Positions 39,875-49,202 of a stretch of 64,000 nt of DNA are shown piece by piece. Under the pieces are notes generated by a model that did not search any database, was not told the DNA's origin, and saw only the letters and a list, made by a program, of their open reading frames with translations. Where the stretch lies: the NCBI GenBank assembly GCA_965216875.1, contig OZ244207.1, forward strand, positions 4,832,001 to 4,896,000. Reading direction: 5' to 3'. Source of the stretch: Rubripirellula sp. (GTDB lineage: Bacteria > Planctomycetota > Planctomycetia > Pirellulales > Pirellulaceae). A program made the position numbers and the translations under genes. The first letter of the stretch is position 1; the number at the start of each line of letters is the position of its first letter.

Positions 39875-41523
39875 GAGACGACTTGTTGTGGTGCGGCCTT
39901 GGGCGCGTCAACAAGCGGAAGCGTGAAGCTAAAGATGGTGCCACACGGTTGGTTGGGCGCCGCCGAGATTGCTCCGCCATGGTCTTCGATAATCGTGCGG
40001 CTAATCGCCAACCCCATACCCAAGCCTGATTCCTTCGTGGTATTGAAGGGTTCAAACAACGCGACACCACTTGGAATTCCTGATCCCAGGTCGGCAACGG
40101 ACGTTCTCAAGAACTGGTCATCGGCGTGCACGGTTAAGGTGATTTCGCGTTGTTCCAAAGGCACATCGCTCATGGAATCACAGGCGTTGTGAATCAAATT
40201 CACAACCACTTGCTGGATTTGAACCGGATTGACGAGCACGTCTGGCAGCGACATGTCCGCATCGAAAATCACGCGTACACTGCGTGAGCGCGTTTCAAAG
40301 CGAACCAGTTCAATCGAGTCACGAATCAATTCATCAACGCACCGCAATTCGCGTTCGCCCGGAGAACGTTCGGCAAACCCACGCAACCCGCGAATGATGT
40401 CCGATGCCGAGACCGTCGCTTCCGAGATCTTTGCCAGGTAGTCGAGTGCCGTCGCTGGGTCACAATCCCCCTCTTGAGACAACAAGTTCCTTGCGGCCGA
40501 TGCATAGTTCATGATCACCGCCAACGGTTGCTTCACTTCATGAGCGATCCCTGCCACCATCTCGCCCATGAACGACAGGCGTCCGATGTGATTGAGTTCG
40601 CGTTGCTTATCGCGCAGCGTCTCATCCGCTTCGACTTGGTCGGTAATATCTTCTTGGACACCAATAAAATGCGAGGCTTGGCCATTGGGGCCCGTGACTG
40701 GCGAGATCGTCAATCGATTCCAAAACATCGATCCGTCTTTGCGATAGTTTCGCAACGTCACCTGACACGATTTGCAGTCGCGCAGTGCTTCGCGAACAAT
40801 CTCGAGCGCCGGTTGGCTACGGTCATCGCCGGATAGGAACCGACAGTTCGTGCCCAGCACTTCCGCGGCTGAATAGCCAGTCATCTCTTCGAATGCACGG
40901 TTGCAATAAACCAGCTGCTGGTCGTGGTCTGCGAGCGAGATGGTGATGCCGTTTGACGCCGAATCGAGCGCACGCCCCCGAATCCGCAGTTCCGATTGTG
41001 CTTGATTGAGCTCGTCAAGACGTCGCTGAAGATCGGAGTTGGCGCGTTCAAGCTCCGCAACTTTGGCTTCCAACTTTTGGTTCAAGACTCGCGAATAATT
41101 GCGCAGGTACTCTTTCTCGTCCAACACCGCAGCGTCGCCACCATTGCGTTTCTCGTTGGCGTCGAGCACTGCACTTAGTCGCTGGACAAGTTGTTCAACG
41201 CCGATCGGCTTTTCGATAAAGTCGGCTGCTCCGATGTCGAGCGCCAAACGCCGATCATCTTCCGAATCAAAAACGGCACTGTAAAAAACAAAGGGAATGT
41301 GTTGAAGCGCCGGGTCCGTTTTCCATTGACGGCAAAACGCGTAGCCGTCGGTGCCCGGCATCAAAATATCAGACACAACGAGATCGGGCGGATTACCTCG
41401 AGCCAACTCGAGTGCAGAGGCAGCCGTATCGGTTGTCGACACCTGGAAACCATTGGACGTCAACAACGTCTCCAGCATGTAAAGGTTCTTTGCCTCGTCA
41501 TCGACAACCAGCACGTGCCTCAT
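39871..41523 (-). CDS. Hybrid REC-LOV(PAS)-histidine kinase
   Basis: Receiver (VVDDE, VVSDILMP, KP); LOV-like GTNCRFLSG...NYRKDGSMFWN...FIGVQ; H-box AGIAHEVKQPL; NLIHNACD, DLGSGI, GLGMGL. Confidence 0.9.
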   Translation of the reverse strand: MRHVLVVDDEAKNLYMLETLLTSNGFQVSTTDTAASALELARGNPPDLVVSDILMPGTDGYAFCRQWKTDPALQHIPFVFYSAVFDSEDDRRLALDIGAADFIEKPIGVEQLVQRLSAVLDANEKRNGGDAAVLDEKEYLRNYSRVLNQKLEAKVAELERANSDLQRRLDELNQAQSELRIRGRALDSASNGITISLADHDQQLVYCNRAFEEMTGYSAAEVLGTNCRFLSGDDRSQPALEIVREALRDCKSCQVTLRNYRKDGSMFWNRLTISPVTGPNGQASHFIGVQEDITDQVEADETLRDKQRELNHIGRLSFMGEMVAGIAHEVKQPLAVIMNYASAARNLLSQEGDCDPATALDYLAKISEATVSASDIIRGLRGFAERSPGERELRCVDELIRDSIELVRFETRSRSVRVIFDADMSLPDVLVNPVQIQQVVVNLIHNACDSMSDVPLEQREITLTVHADDQFLRTSVADLGSGIPSGVALFEPFNTTKESGLGMGLAISRTIIEDHGGAISAAPNQPCGTIFSFTLPLVDAPKAAPQQVVS

Positions 41524-41536
41524 TTGTTGACTCTCC

Positions 41537-41908
41537 CTATTTCAAACCCAAATGCCGCTCGATCTCATCGCCAAACGAATCGGGCTGGATGGGCTTTTCG
41601 ATGTAAGCCACGCACCCCGCTTCGATCGAACGTTCGCGATCACCTGGCATCGCATGCGATGTCACCGCGATGATGGGGACCCCGTCGAGTGTTTCGATTG
41701 CCGTCAGCTCTTGGGCAACTTCATAGCCACTCATTCCAGGCAATTGGATATCCAAGAGAATGAGGTCCGGTGGGTTCTCCTGGGCCAGGCGAATCCCTTC
41801 GGCACCATCACGGGCTTCAACAACCTTTAACCCGCGATCGCGCAAGATGTAACTGACCAAATAGGCATTGGCCTCGTTGTCTTCGATGATCAGAACGGTC
41901 TTGCTCAT
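41537..41908 (-). CDS. Single-domain response regulator (DivK-like)
   Basis: IIEDNEAN, LLDIQLPGMSG, IIAVTSHAMPGDRE, YIEKPI. Confidence 0.9.
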   Translation of the reverse strand: MSKTVLIIEDNEANAYLVSYILRDRGLKVVEARDGAEGIRLAQENPPDLILLDIQLPGMSGYEVAQELTAIETLDGVPIIAVTSHAMPGDRERSIEAGCVAYIEKPIQPDSFGDEIERHLGLK

Positions 41909-44313
41909 CGCACGTTACTCTTGCCCCCCGCACTTGGCGATTCATCCGTCGAACAAGGAACGGTGAAAGTGAACTCCGTTCCTTTACCGACTTGGCTCTT
42001 TACCTCGATGCTGCCGCCCATCATCTCGGCCAACCGATGGGAGATGGCCAGTCCCAATCCCGTACCTTCGCTGCGGCGGTTCAGACCGCAGTCGAGCTGG
42101 CGAAAGGGCTGAAAGATCGTTGCCAAATCATCCTGCCCGATCCCGATGCCCGTGTCGGCAACACTCGTCACTAAAGCGTCACCTTCCCGGCGACAAAGGA
42201 CAACCACCTCACCTGAGGGGGTGAACTTGATTGCGTTGCTAAGCAGGTTCAACAAGATCTGTCGAAAGCGGCCACGATCAGTTGCTAGCTGCGCCCGATC
42301 ATCGGGCAACGTGACGCTCAAGGAGAGTCCTTTGCGAGCCGATTCGGTGCGGACCATCGCCACAGCCTGTTCGATCACCTCGCACGGATCAAACTCCGTC
42401 GCACGCAATCTCAGCTCTCCTGCATCGATCTTGGAAATATCCAAAACGTCGTTAATCAACTCGAGTAGGTGGCGTGAGCTATCGGCCACCATCGAGAGCT
42501 GCGTCTTTTGCTCGGCGTTGAGCGGCCCGACGATCCCCTGCAGAAGAATCCCTGTGAATCCGATGATCGAATTGAGCGGAGTCCGCAACTCATGAGACAT
42601 CGTCGCCAGGAACACACTTTTGACGCGGTCCGCTGACTCAGCTGCCTCCTTCGCCTCGCGCATTTTGAGCATCGCTTCACGATACTGAGTGACGTTTCGC
42701 GCGACCCCTTCGATACGAATGACCTTTCCGCTGGAATCGACAACCGGTCGTTGCCGGAACTCCAACGTGCACCAGTGGCCAGTAATTCGATTGCGCATCC
42801 GCAATTCATAGGGCTCGGGCGTGATCCCCGCGATACACTTCTCGATCGCATCAAGACCTTTGTCCAGTGAATCAGCTGGAGCGATGAAATCTCGCCAGCT
42901 GTGACCGACCACTTGGTCCGAAGAAACGCCAAGCAAGTGGTCGCAAGCGCTGGTGAATTGAACGATGCGGTCCACGCCGACCTCAAAGACGACGTAGTCG
43001 GGGTCAACGTCACCAACCAAGCGCTGGTAGCGTTCCTGGCTTTCCCGTAGCCGACGTTCGGTTTCCTTCTGGTCGCTGATGTCGACCGCTTCGGGAATCA
43101 ACAGCCTAACGTGACCATCACGATCTCGAACGGGCGAGATCGAAAAGACGCTACTTCGAAAACGTCCGTCGGGAGCGTGATAGGGGATGTCATCGCGAAC
43201 ATAGGCTCCGCGTGCTGCCTCCTGAACCATGTTCCGCACACGATCCCGCGTGATGTCGTCCATCCACCAAGGCGCATCCCAAATGGCCAGGCCTTGCATC
43301 GACTGTTCCGTGGCACCGGCGGCGCGAGCCATCGCTTGATTCACGCGCAACAACTTTCCAGTGGGCAACATCATGCCAACCATCAATGTCGTGTTGTTCA
43401 AGATCGCGTTGAGTGTTCGTTCACTTTCCTCGATCCTTCGCAGCGCCGCCGATAGCTCCTCGGTTCGTTTGGCGACTCGCAATTCGAGGTCCTGGTGCGC
43501 CTCGCGGAGCGCTTTGTCGGCACGACGTTGTTCGGTGACATCCGGAAAGACCACCACCGCCGCAGTGACATCACCATTCTTGTTCTTGACCGGCGCGGCA
43601 TTGCCAAGCACCCAACGAGTTTCGCCGCCTTGACGGCGAATCAACACATCAACGTTGCGGACGGTTTCGCCGTTGAGCAGTGCTCGAGACAATGGCAAGT
43701 CTTCGGGGCGATACTCGCTTCCGTCTGGGTGAAAACACTGCCACTTTGCCGGATGATTCTCGATGGGGATTTCGGTAAGCGGCTCGCTTGTGTCCCCTCG
43801 GATTCCAAACGCGGCGCTGTTTGCGATTCGGATATGACCACTTGGCGCATCAGCAACAAGAATCCCGGCGGGCGAACTTTGGATCGCTGCCATCAACAAC
43901 GAACGCGTTCGCTCAAGTTCCGTTTCTTCCTCCGCGCGGTCGATGCGACGATGCGCGATCGCCAGCGTTGCATTGACACCTTGAAACAAGAAAGGAGTTT
44001 GTACCATCGTCAGTGTGACCGAGGCACCGTTGTCGCGCGTCCGGCAGTGAACGACACCATCGGAAGGCCAGGTCCGAACGGGCAACGCTTCTTCAGGCTT
44101 GCGAGCTTGCTCTGGATCGTCGTACTGAAAGAGGTCTGACAACCGCTGGCCACGGAGCGACTCACCCTCCGGCCGCTGCACCAGCGCGACGGCAGCTGCG
44201 TTTGCGAACTGAATCTGTCCACCCTGGTGAACAAAGATGGGGTTCACTGACGACTCAAACTGCCCGACTTGTGAGTCAGCCTTGGCAGCATCTGAAAGCT
44301 GTGTCTCCGACAT
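41905..44313 (-). CDS. Multi-PAS cytoplasmic sensor histidine kinase
   Basis: Several PAS/PAC segments; FLATMSHELRTPLNSI, NLLSNAIKFT, DTGIGI, GTGLGL; no TM helix seen. Confidence 0.92.
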   Translation of the reverse strand: MSETQLSDAAKADSQVGQFESSVNPIFVHQGGQIQFANAAAVALVQRPEGESLRGQRLSDLFQYDDPEQARKPEEALPVRTWPSDGVVHCRTRDNGASVTLTMVQTPFLFQGVNATLAIAHRRIDRAEEETELERTRSLLMAAIQSSPAGILVADAPSGHIRIANSAAFGIRGDTSEPLTEIPIENHPAKWQCFHPDGSEYRPEDLPLSRALLNGETVRNVDVLIRRQGGETRWVLGNAAPVKNKNGDVTAAVVVFPDVTEQRRADKALREAHQDLELRVAKRTEELSAALRRIEESERTLNAILNNTTLMVGMMLPTGKLLRVNQAMARAAGATEQSMQGLAIWDAPWWMDDITRDRVRNMVQEAARGAYVRDDIPYHAPDGRFRSSVFSISPVRDRDGHVRLLIPEAVDISDQKETERRLRESQERYQRLVGDVDPDYVVFEVGVDRIVQFTSACDHLLGVSSDQVVGHSWRDFIAPADSLDKGLDAIEKCIAGITPEPYELRMRNRITGHWCTLEFRQRPVVDSSGKVIRIEGVARNVTQYREAMLKMREAKEAAESADRVKSVFLATMSHELRTPLNSIIGFTGILLQGIVGPLNAEQKTQLSMVADSSRHLLELINDVLDISKIDAGELRLRATEFDPCEVIEQAVAMVRTESARKGLSLSVTLPDDRAQLATDRGRFRQILLNLLSNAIKFTPSGEVVVLCRREGDALVTSVADTGIGIGQDDLATIFQPFRQLDCGLNRRSEGTGLGLAISHRLAEMMGGSIEVKSQVGKGTEFTFTVPCSTDESPSAGGKSNVR

Positions 44314-44472
44314 GCACCTCGCATCCTGGTGAGGCTCGAACGCCTTTCATTCCAACGAAAGGAGCGAACGAGTAGTGGCGGTGAGTGTGAGAATCATTGT
44401 TGGCGATCCGACTCCCCCGATCAAGGCGACGTTACCCCCTGATCGATGGCCTCGGCAATTTCCTAGTGGCCG

Positions 44473-45435
44473 CTACCACTCTCCGTAGTCGGCAAGGACT
44501 TCACCTTCAGCCTTGGTAATCAAAGACGCATACAACTCGATGTCGATTTCGGCTGAAACAAACCTTGCACTTCCGTCGGCAAGGTTGATCACCATTCCGC
44601 CCGGATGAAACGCGTAGGCTTCGTTGTTGTTGGTCACGTTCATCACCTTGGGTCCAACGCAGCGCAAACCGTCTTCAGTAAAGCCATGCACGGGCACCAT
44701 GTTGGCTGGATTCGCCCAGCCGCCGCCGCGGGTTCGACCGTTCACGACGTTGAAATTGCTGCACCCATTGTTGTTGGTCATTGGGCCGAGTCGCCCTTGC
44801 ACCCAGTACTCGGGGCGCCCCGCACACTCGACCAACAACAGCGTGTTGGACAAACCGTCGCTAACGTCCCGAAAACGTGTGATGCGTTTATTGATCAAAC
44901 CCGTGCGATCGCGACGCTCCTTTACGAAGCCCCCGGCAATGATCTCGCGGGTCAAATCACCATGCGGGACGTAGTCGGTTGTCGCTGTCACAACACCTTG
45001 GCGCACTTGATCCAAGTAGTCTCCCTTGGGCGACGATGGACACAGCAGTGTTTCAATCTTGCTCGCGATTGCATCGCTATTCTCTTGATGATCCCAGCGA
45101 TAATTGAAGTCGTAGATCTCCTGCACGGCGCCGCGCTCGATGTACGGCAAGATCGCTGCGGCCCACGTGTGGCCAAGCCTGGGCAATGATTGACGCGGAA
45201 ACTGCTTGAATGTGCCGTGATAATTGTGCGCAGCAAGACCGATTTGGCGCAAGTTGTTCGAGCAAGACATCCGCCGCGCCGCTTCCCGCGCCGCCTGAAC
45301 CGCTGGCAATAGCAAACCAACTAAGATCGCGATGATCGCGATGACCACAAGGAGCTCAACAAGAGTAAAACCGCAACGCCGCCCAATGAAAGGGTGGCGC
45401 CCGATTTGACTCGGTTGGATAAGCAAGGAACGCAT
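44473..45435 (-). CDS. DUF1559 prepilin-type N-terminal cleavage/methylation protein
   Basis: [57 protein letters not shown]. Confidence 0.92.
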   Translation of the reverse strand: MRSLLIQPSQIGRHPFIGRRCGFTLVELLVVIAIIAILVGLLLPAVQAAREAARRMSCSNNLRQIGLAAHNYHGTFKQFPRQSLPRLGHTWAAAILPYIERGAVQEIYDFNYRWDHQENSDAIASKIETLLCPSSPKGDYLDQVRQGVVTATTDYVPHGDLTREIIAGGFVKERRDRTGLINKRITRFRDVSDGLSNTLLLVECAGRPEYWVQGRLGPMTNNNGCSNFNVVNGRTRGGGWANPANMVPVHGFTEDGLRCVGPKVMNVTNNNEAYAFHPGGMVINLADGSARFVSAEIDIELYASLITKAEGEVLADYGEW

Positions 45436-45527
45436 CGCGATCCCTCAGCGCCGAAGGTGAAAAGCTGAATTTCAGATTCACCATCATAGGGCCTGCGATC
45501 GCGCGTTGCGAATTCAAGAACGTTCGA

Positions 45528-46445
45528 TCAAGGCGTTTTCACAAAACCAATCGTCGACTGAAAAATCCTGTGAGAACGATTCTCATGGGCTTCCGAAAGG
45601 TCGGCGTCGGCAATGTCTTCCCAGTTTGCCTTGCAATAGTTGCAGCCAATGTCGTTGACGTGAAACGACACATACTGCTGCCAGGGGCTGTCCAATATCC
45701 CCAGCTGAGCCTTACCCAATGTGGTGCGTTTCGGACAACTTGGTCGATCACGTTCCCAAATCTTGCTCAGCAAGTCCGAACCCAACTCACTTTCACTAGA
45801 CAGCTGTCCATCAGAGTTTGCACTGACGTTTTCTTTCATCCGAGCGAGCAAGCGATGCCGAATCACTGCAATGCGGCCTTCCGCAACATCGATTAACTTC
45901 GACAACTCGCGATTTGATACGGCTGCGTAGAAAACGCCTTCAAGGATCATCAAATCGCGAAGGTTGCCTTTCGCTTTCAGTTGGTCGATCACGTGGTGCA
46001 GTGCATCGCACAAGGTACGTTCAAGCTCACTTGCGTTTTCTTCGTTCTGCAGATGCACACTTGGAGACGCTTGAGGATCTGCAAACGACTCAACTGGATC
46101 ATCACCCGAATCTCGTCGCCACCCACACGCATTGACTTCTTTGCTGCTGCCACGCGATCGATAAAGATCGATGATGCGTCGACGCAGGATGCGAAACAAG
46201 CACGCTTCAATGCGTGTGCGTTCGCCAAACACCCCGTCATCCTGCACACGATCAATCGACCGCAAGAATCCAATGAACGCCTCTTGCACCAAGTCTTCGG
46301 CATCACTCACCGAACTCGTTTGACTTCGGGCAAAGGCAATCATTCGTCCCTGATAGCGAGCAACGAACTGCGCCCATCCATCAGGGTCGCGCTGACGAAC
46401 GAGTTGAAGCAGGTACTCTTCGGCTGGCGAATCAGAATGAGTCAA
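45528..46445 (-). CDS. ECF sigma factor with C-terminal Cys/His (ZAS-like) extension
   Basis: DAEDLVQEAF..LFRILRRRIIDLYR (sigma2); SNRELSKLIDVAEGRIAVIRHR (sigma4); C-terminal C-x24-H-x5-C-x2-C; TTG start. Confidence 0.82.
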   Translation of the reverse strand: MTHSDSPAEEYLLQLVRQRDPDGWAQFVARYQGRMIAFARSQTSSVSDAEDLVQEAFIGFLRSIDRVQDDGVFGERTRIEACLFRILRRRIIDLYRSRGSSKEVNACGWRRDSGDDPVESFADPQASPSVHLQNEENASELERTLCDALHHVIDQLKAKGNLRDLMILEGVFYAAVSNRELSKLIDVAEGRIAVIRHRLLARMKENVSANSDGQLSSESELGSDLLSKIWERDRPSCPKRTTLGKAQLGILDSPWQQYVSFHVNDIGCNYCKANWEDIADADLSEAHENRSHRIFQSTIGFVKTP

Positions 46446-46560
46446 GGTGCCACGTCAAAGACAATGGGAAATGGTTTTCTTGGAACGACTTGCTTTCACC
46501 GACAAGTGTGCATCTCGCCAATCATCGCCGCAATGCCGCTACGTTTGCGAATCGGCGACA

Positions 46561-47835
46561 CTACGCAAAGTTAAGCATCACGACGACCAACACAAAAAAT
46601 GCGATTCCGGCAACCGAACAAGTCGCCACCAATCGCGTCTTCTCGTGGGTCAGCCCGATCAACATCCAGCCCAACAAGCACGCCACGACAACCATGCCGA
46701 CGAACCCTGCCAGACGAGACCGCCACTGGGAAGGTTGTTCGTCAGCGACCTTGGCGGGTGCTCTGTAATACAATGCCGAGGCAAGACGGTCCGCAGAAAA
46801 ATCCAACAGTATGGCCTCGCGAAAACGATCGCCATCGGGCGTCGACAGCTTCTGTATGAATCGATCGACCTCGAGTGCATCACTTTCAATTGCCGAGTTG
46901 ACTTGAGCATTCAGAGCGCCACTCTTGCTCAATTGGGTGCGGACATGATTGATTGCGTCACGATGCGCCTCTTCGGCGTCGGGCATGAGATTGCCTGAAA
47001 ACCCAGCAAGATAGTTTCCAGATTGTGAGTGATTGAATTCTTGAACCGACGCGAGCCAGGGTTTCACATCAAACGACACCTCACGCATGCGAACATTTCC
47101 AGCATGATGCACCGTCGCTTTCAAGTTGGCGTATCGCTCTGCAATGCGATCGGTTGATTTCCGACTGCCACTCGTTCCAAGTCCAAAATCGATCACAATC
47201 GTCGCGTCCGATTCGGCACCTGCATTCGTGACTTTGGCGTCGTCAAAAGCGGTGCGCAAACATTCACGAAACCGTTTTTCGTTCTCGCCGACAAGCTCGC
47301 GGAAATGTCTGCTTTGCGAAGACTTGACCAGGAACGAGATTTCATCCGATTCGCTGCTTTGGATCGCTTCGTTCAAAACGGGGCGCAACGTTTCACACAA
47401 CGCCTCGACCGCGATCGCCGCGTTGGAATAGCGATCAGCGTCATATTGAAGCTCTGGCTGCGTGTCCCAAACAACGACTTTGGCATCTTGTTGTGACTGC
47501 TTTACTTGGGCGGCAACCGCATCACTCATCGCCCTCGACAAATCCCGGCGCGCCGATTCATGCAGATCGTTGCTGACGGAAACTTGTCGGTAAGAAACCA
47601 AACTTCCAGCGACAACAAAGATCCCCAACACCCCGAACAGGCAGAGACCAGCAACGATCCACGCGCCCGACACATTGCGCGCGATGACGTAGATCATCCA
47701 GGGGATCAAGGCGAACAGAAGCACACCCACGATCGCGACGATGAACAACGCGCTGAACCTGAATCCGACGACATCCATATTCATGCCGGCGTCGGAACCA
47801 GCGGCTTCGGCAACTTGTGCGAGAATCATCTTCAC
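46561..47835 (-). CDS. Hypothetical membrane protein (2 TM - soluble domain - 2 TM)
   Basis: Hydrophobic pairs at both ends; paralogous to 47840-49195. Confidence 0.75.
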   Translation of the reverse strand: MKMILAQVAEAAGSDAGMNMDVVGFRFSALFIVAIVGVLLFALIPWMIYVIARNVSGAWIVAGLCLFGVLGIFVVAGSLVSYRQVSVSNDLHESARRDLSRAMSDAVAAQVKQSQQDAKVVVWDTQPELQYDADRYSNAAIAVEALCETLRPVLNEAIQSSESDEISFLVKSSQSRHFRELVGENEKRFRECLRTAFDDAKVTNAGAESDATIVIDFGLGTSGSRKSTDRIAERYANLKATVHHAGNVRMREVSFDVKPWLASVQEFNHSQSGNYLAGFSGNLMPDAEEAHRDAINHVRTQLSKSGALNAQVNSAIESDALEVDRFIQKLSTPDGDRFREAILLDFSADRLASALYYRAPAKVADEQPSQWRSRLAGFVGMVVVACLLGWMLIGLTHEKTRLVATCSVAGIAFFVLVVVMLNFA

Positions 47836-47839
47836 CTAC

Positions 47840-49195
47840 CTATTTTGCCGGCTGAACGTGACTGACTTGAACTTGAGGGGCCGGTGGACGGGACGGCGGA
47901 ACGGGTTTGCTGAACGTTCCTGCGACCAGTAGGACACCACCACCCACCAAAACGAAAACGACTGCGGCGACGGCAACGATGATGCGATAATAGCCGCGAG
48001 TTAACAGATTCAAAATCAAATACAACAGCGACGCAATGACAACGACGGCAACCAATCCAAGCACACGTACGCCAAGCGAACCAGCCTTTTGGGCACGTTG
48101 AACGTCGGCTTGATGCAGCAGGCTGTCAATCCGTTCTGGCGTGACCTCGATCAACATCGCTTCGCGATAGACATCACCGTACGGGCGCGACAGTCGTTGA
48201 GTGAAGTAGTCGGCCACCAAATCGCCGGAGCGAACCGCATTGGGGAGGGTGTCCTCGATGTCGGCGGAGACCAACATTCGCTCGGCGTCGGCAAACGCTT
48301 GGGCTCGCGCGTCAGCTGCGGATGGGGCAAGCTTCGCTGAACGGGCAACGATCCATTTGCGCCCGTCGTCATTCCATGCGGTGAAGTCCGCAAGTGAGTG
48401 CACCCATGCTTTTTGTACGAATTTGGCAACAAAACGATGGGAGCGATCCGACTGGCGCAACGCCAACTCAATCGTTCCACGTTGGTCATCTGGTCCGTTA
48501 TCTGCCCACTCGGCGAGCCTCAATTGCAACGTGGCCTTCGGGGCATCCTCGCTATCTCCAGAAGAGGGTTCATCAACGATCGATAGCTTGGAATGCCTCA
48601 ACCGCAGCTCTTTCCGAACCTGTTCCATCATCAACAACGTATCCATGCCCGATGATTTTTCAGGAGCCGGTGACGGAAATGTCCCGACGACCGAAACGAC
48701 CAATGGCTCGTCAGCGGTCTCGAGTTGAAGTGCTGCCTGCTTCGCTAACTTGGTTGTCGCGGCGAGTGCTGAAGAATAAACGTCCGCTTCAAATTCCTCA
48801 TCAACCTCGACTGTCCAAGCGGGCGATTGGCTGGTTTGAAAACGGATCTCGGGCGTTCCCCGATCCTGAGGTGCTGAGGGTTCGTTTACAGAGGGGCCAC
48901 CTCGCAATTCGGGAGCACTTGGTCGAGGTACCGGTGGCGGGACAAACCCATCAACGCGCACCTCAACGGGAGCCGAATGTTCGCTGATTTCAACGTGCGA
49001 GGCAGTGCGGACGAGCGTCAAACTGGCGATCAACAAAACAGGCGAGCAAATTCCGAACGCCAACAAACACCAACCGAAAACGCGCACCACCGAATTCTCG
49101 CTGCGCACCATCACAATCACCGCTACCACTCCGAGAGCGGCGACGACGACAAGGACGAGCATCATCAAGATCAAGACAATGGGAACCGTGGCCAC
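47840..49195 (-). CDS. Hypothetical membrane protein (2 TM - Pro-rich linker - soluble domain - 2 TM)
   Basis: GTG at 49195 preceded by GGAG; TM pairs at both ends; paralogous to the downstream gene. Confidence 0.75.
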   Translation of the reverse strand: MATVPIVLILMMLVLVVVAALGVVAVIVMVRSENSVVRVFGWCLLAFGICSPVLLIASLTLVRTASHVEISEHSAPVEVRVDGFVPPPVPRPSAPELRGGPSVNEPSAPQDRGTPEIRFQTSQSPAWTVEVDEEFEADVYSSALAATTKLAKQAALQLETADEPLVVSVVGTFPSPAPEKSSGMDTLLMMEQVRKELRLRHSKLSIVDEPSSGDSEDAPKATLQLRLAEWADNGPDDQRGTIELALRQSDRSHRFVAKFVQKAWVHSLADFTAWNDDGRKWIVARSAKLAPSAADARAQAFADAERMLVSADIEDTLPNAVRSGDLVADYFTQRLSRPYGDVYREAMLIEVTPERIDSLLHQADVQRAQKAGSLGVRVLGLVAVVVIASLLYLILNLLTRGYYRIIVAVAAVVFVLVGGGVLLVAGTFSKPVPPSRPPAPQVQVSHVQPAK

Positions 49196-49202
49196 GATGT
49201 TG

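Noticed and set aside
41537..41908. Calling the response regulator divK
   Set aside because: The sequence is DivK-like, but orthology and a cell-cycle role cannot be supported outside Alphaproteobacteria from sequence alone.
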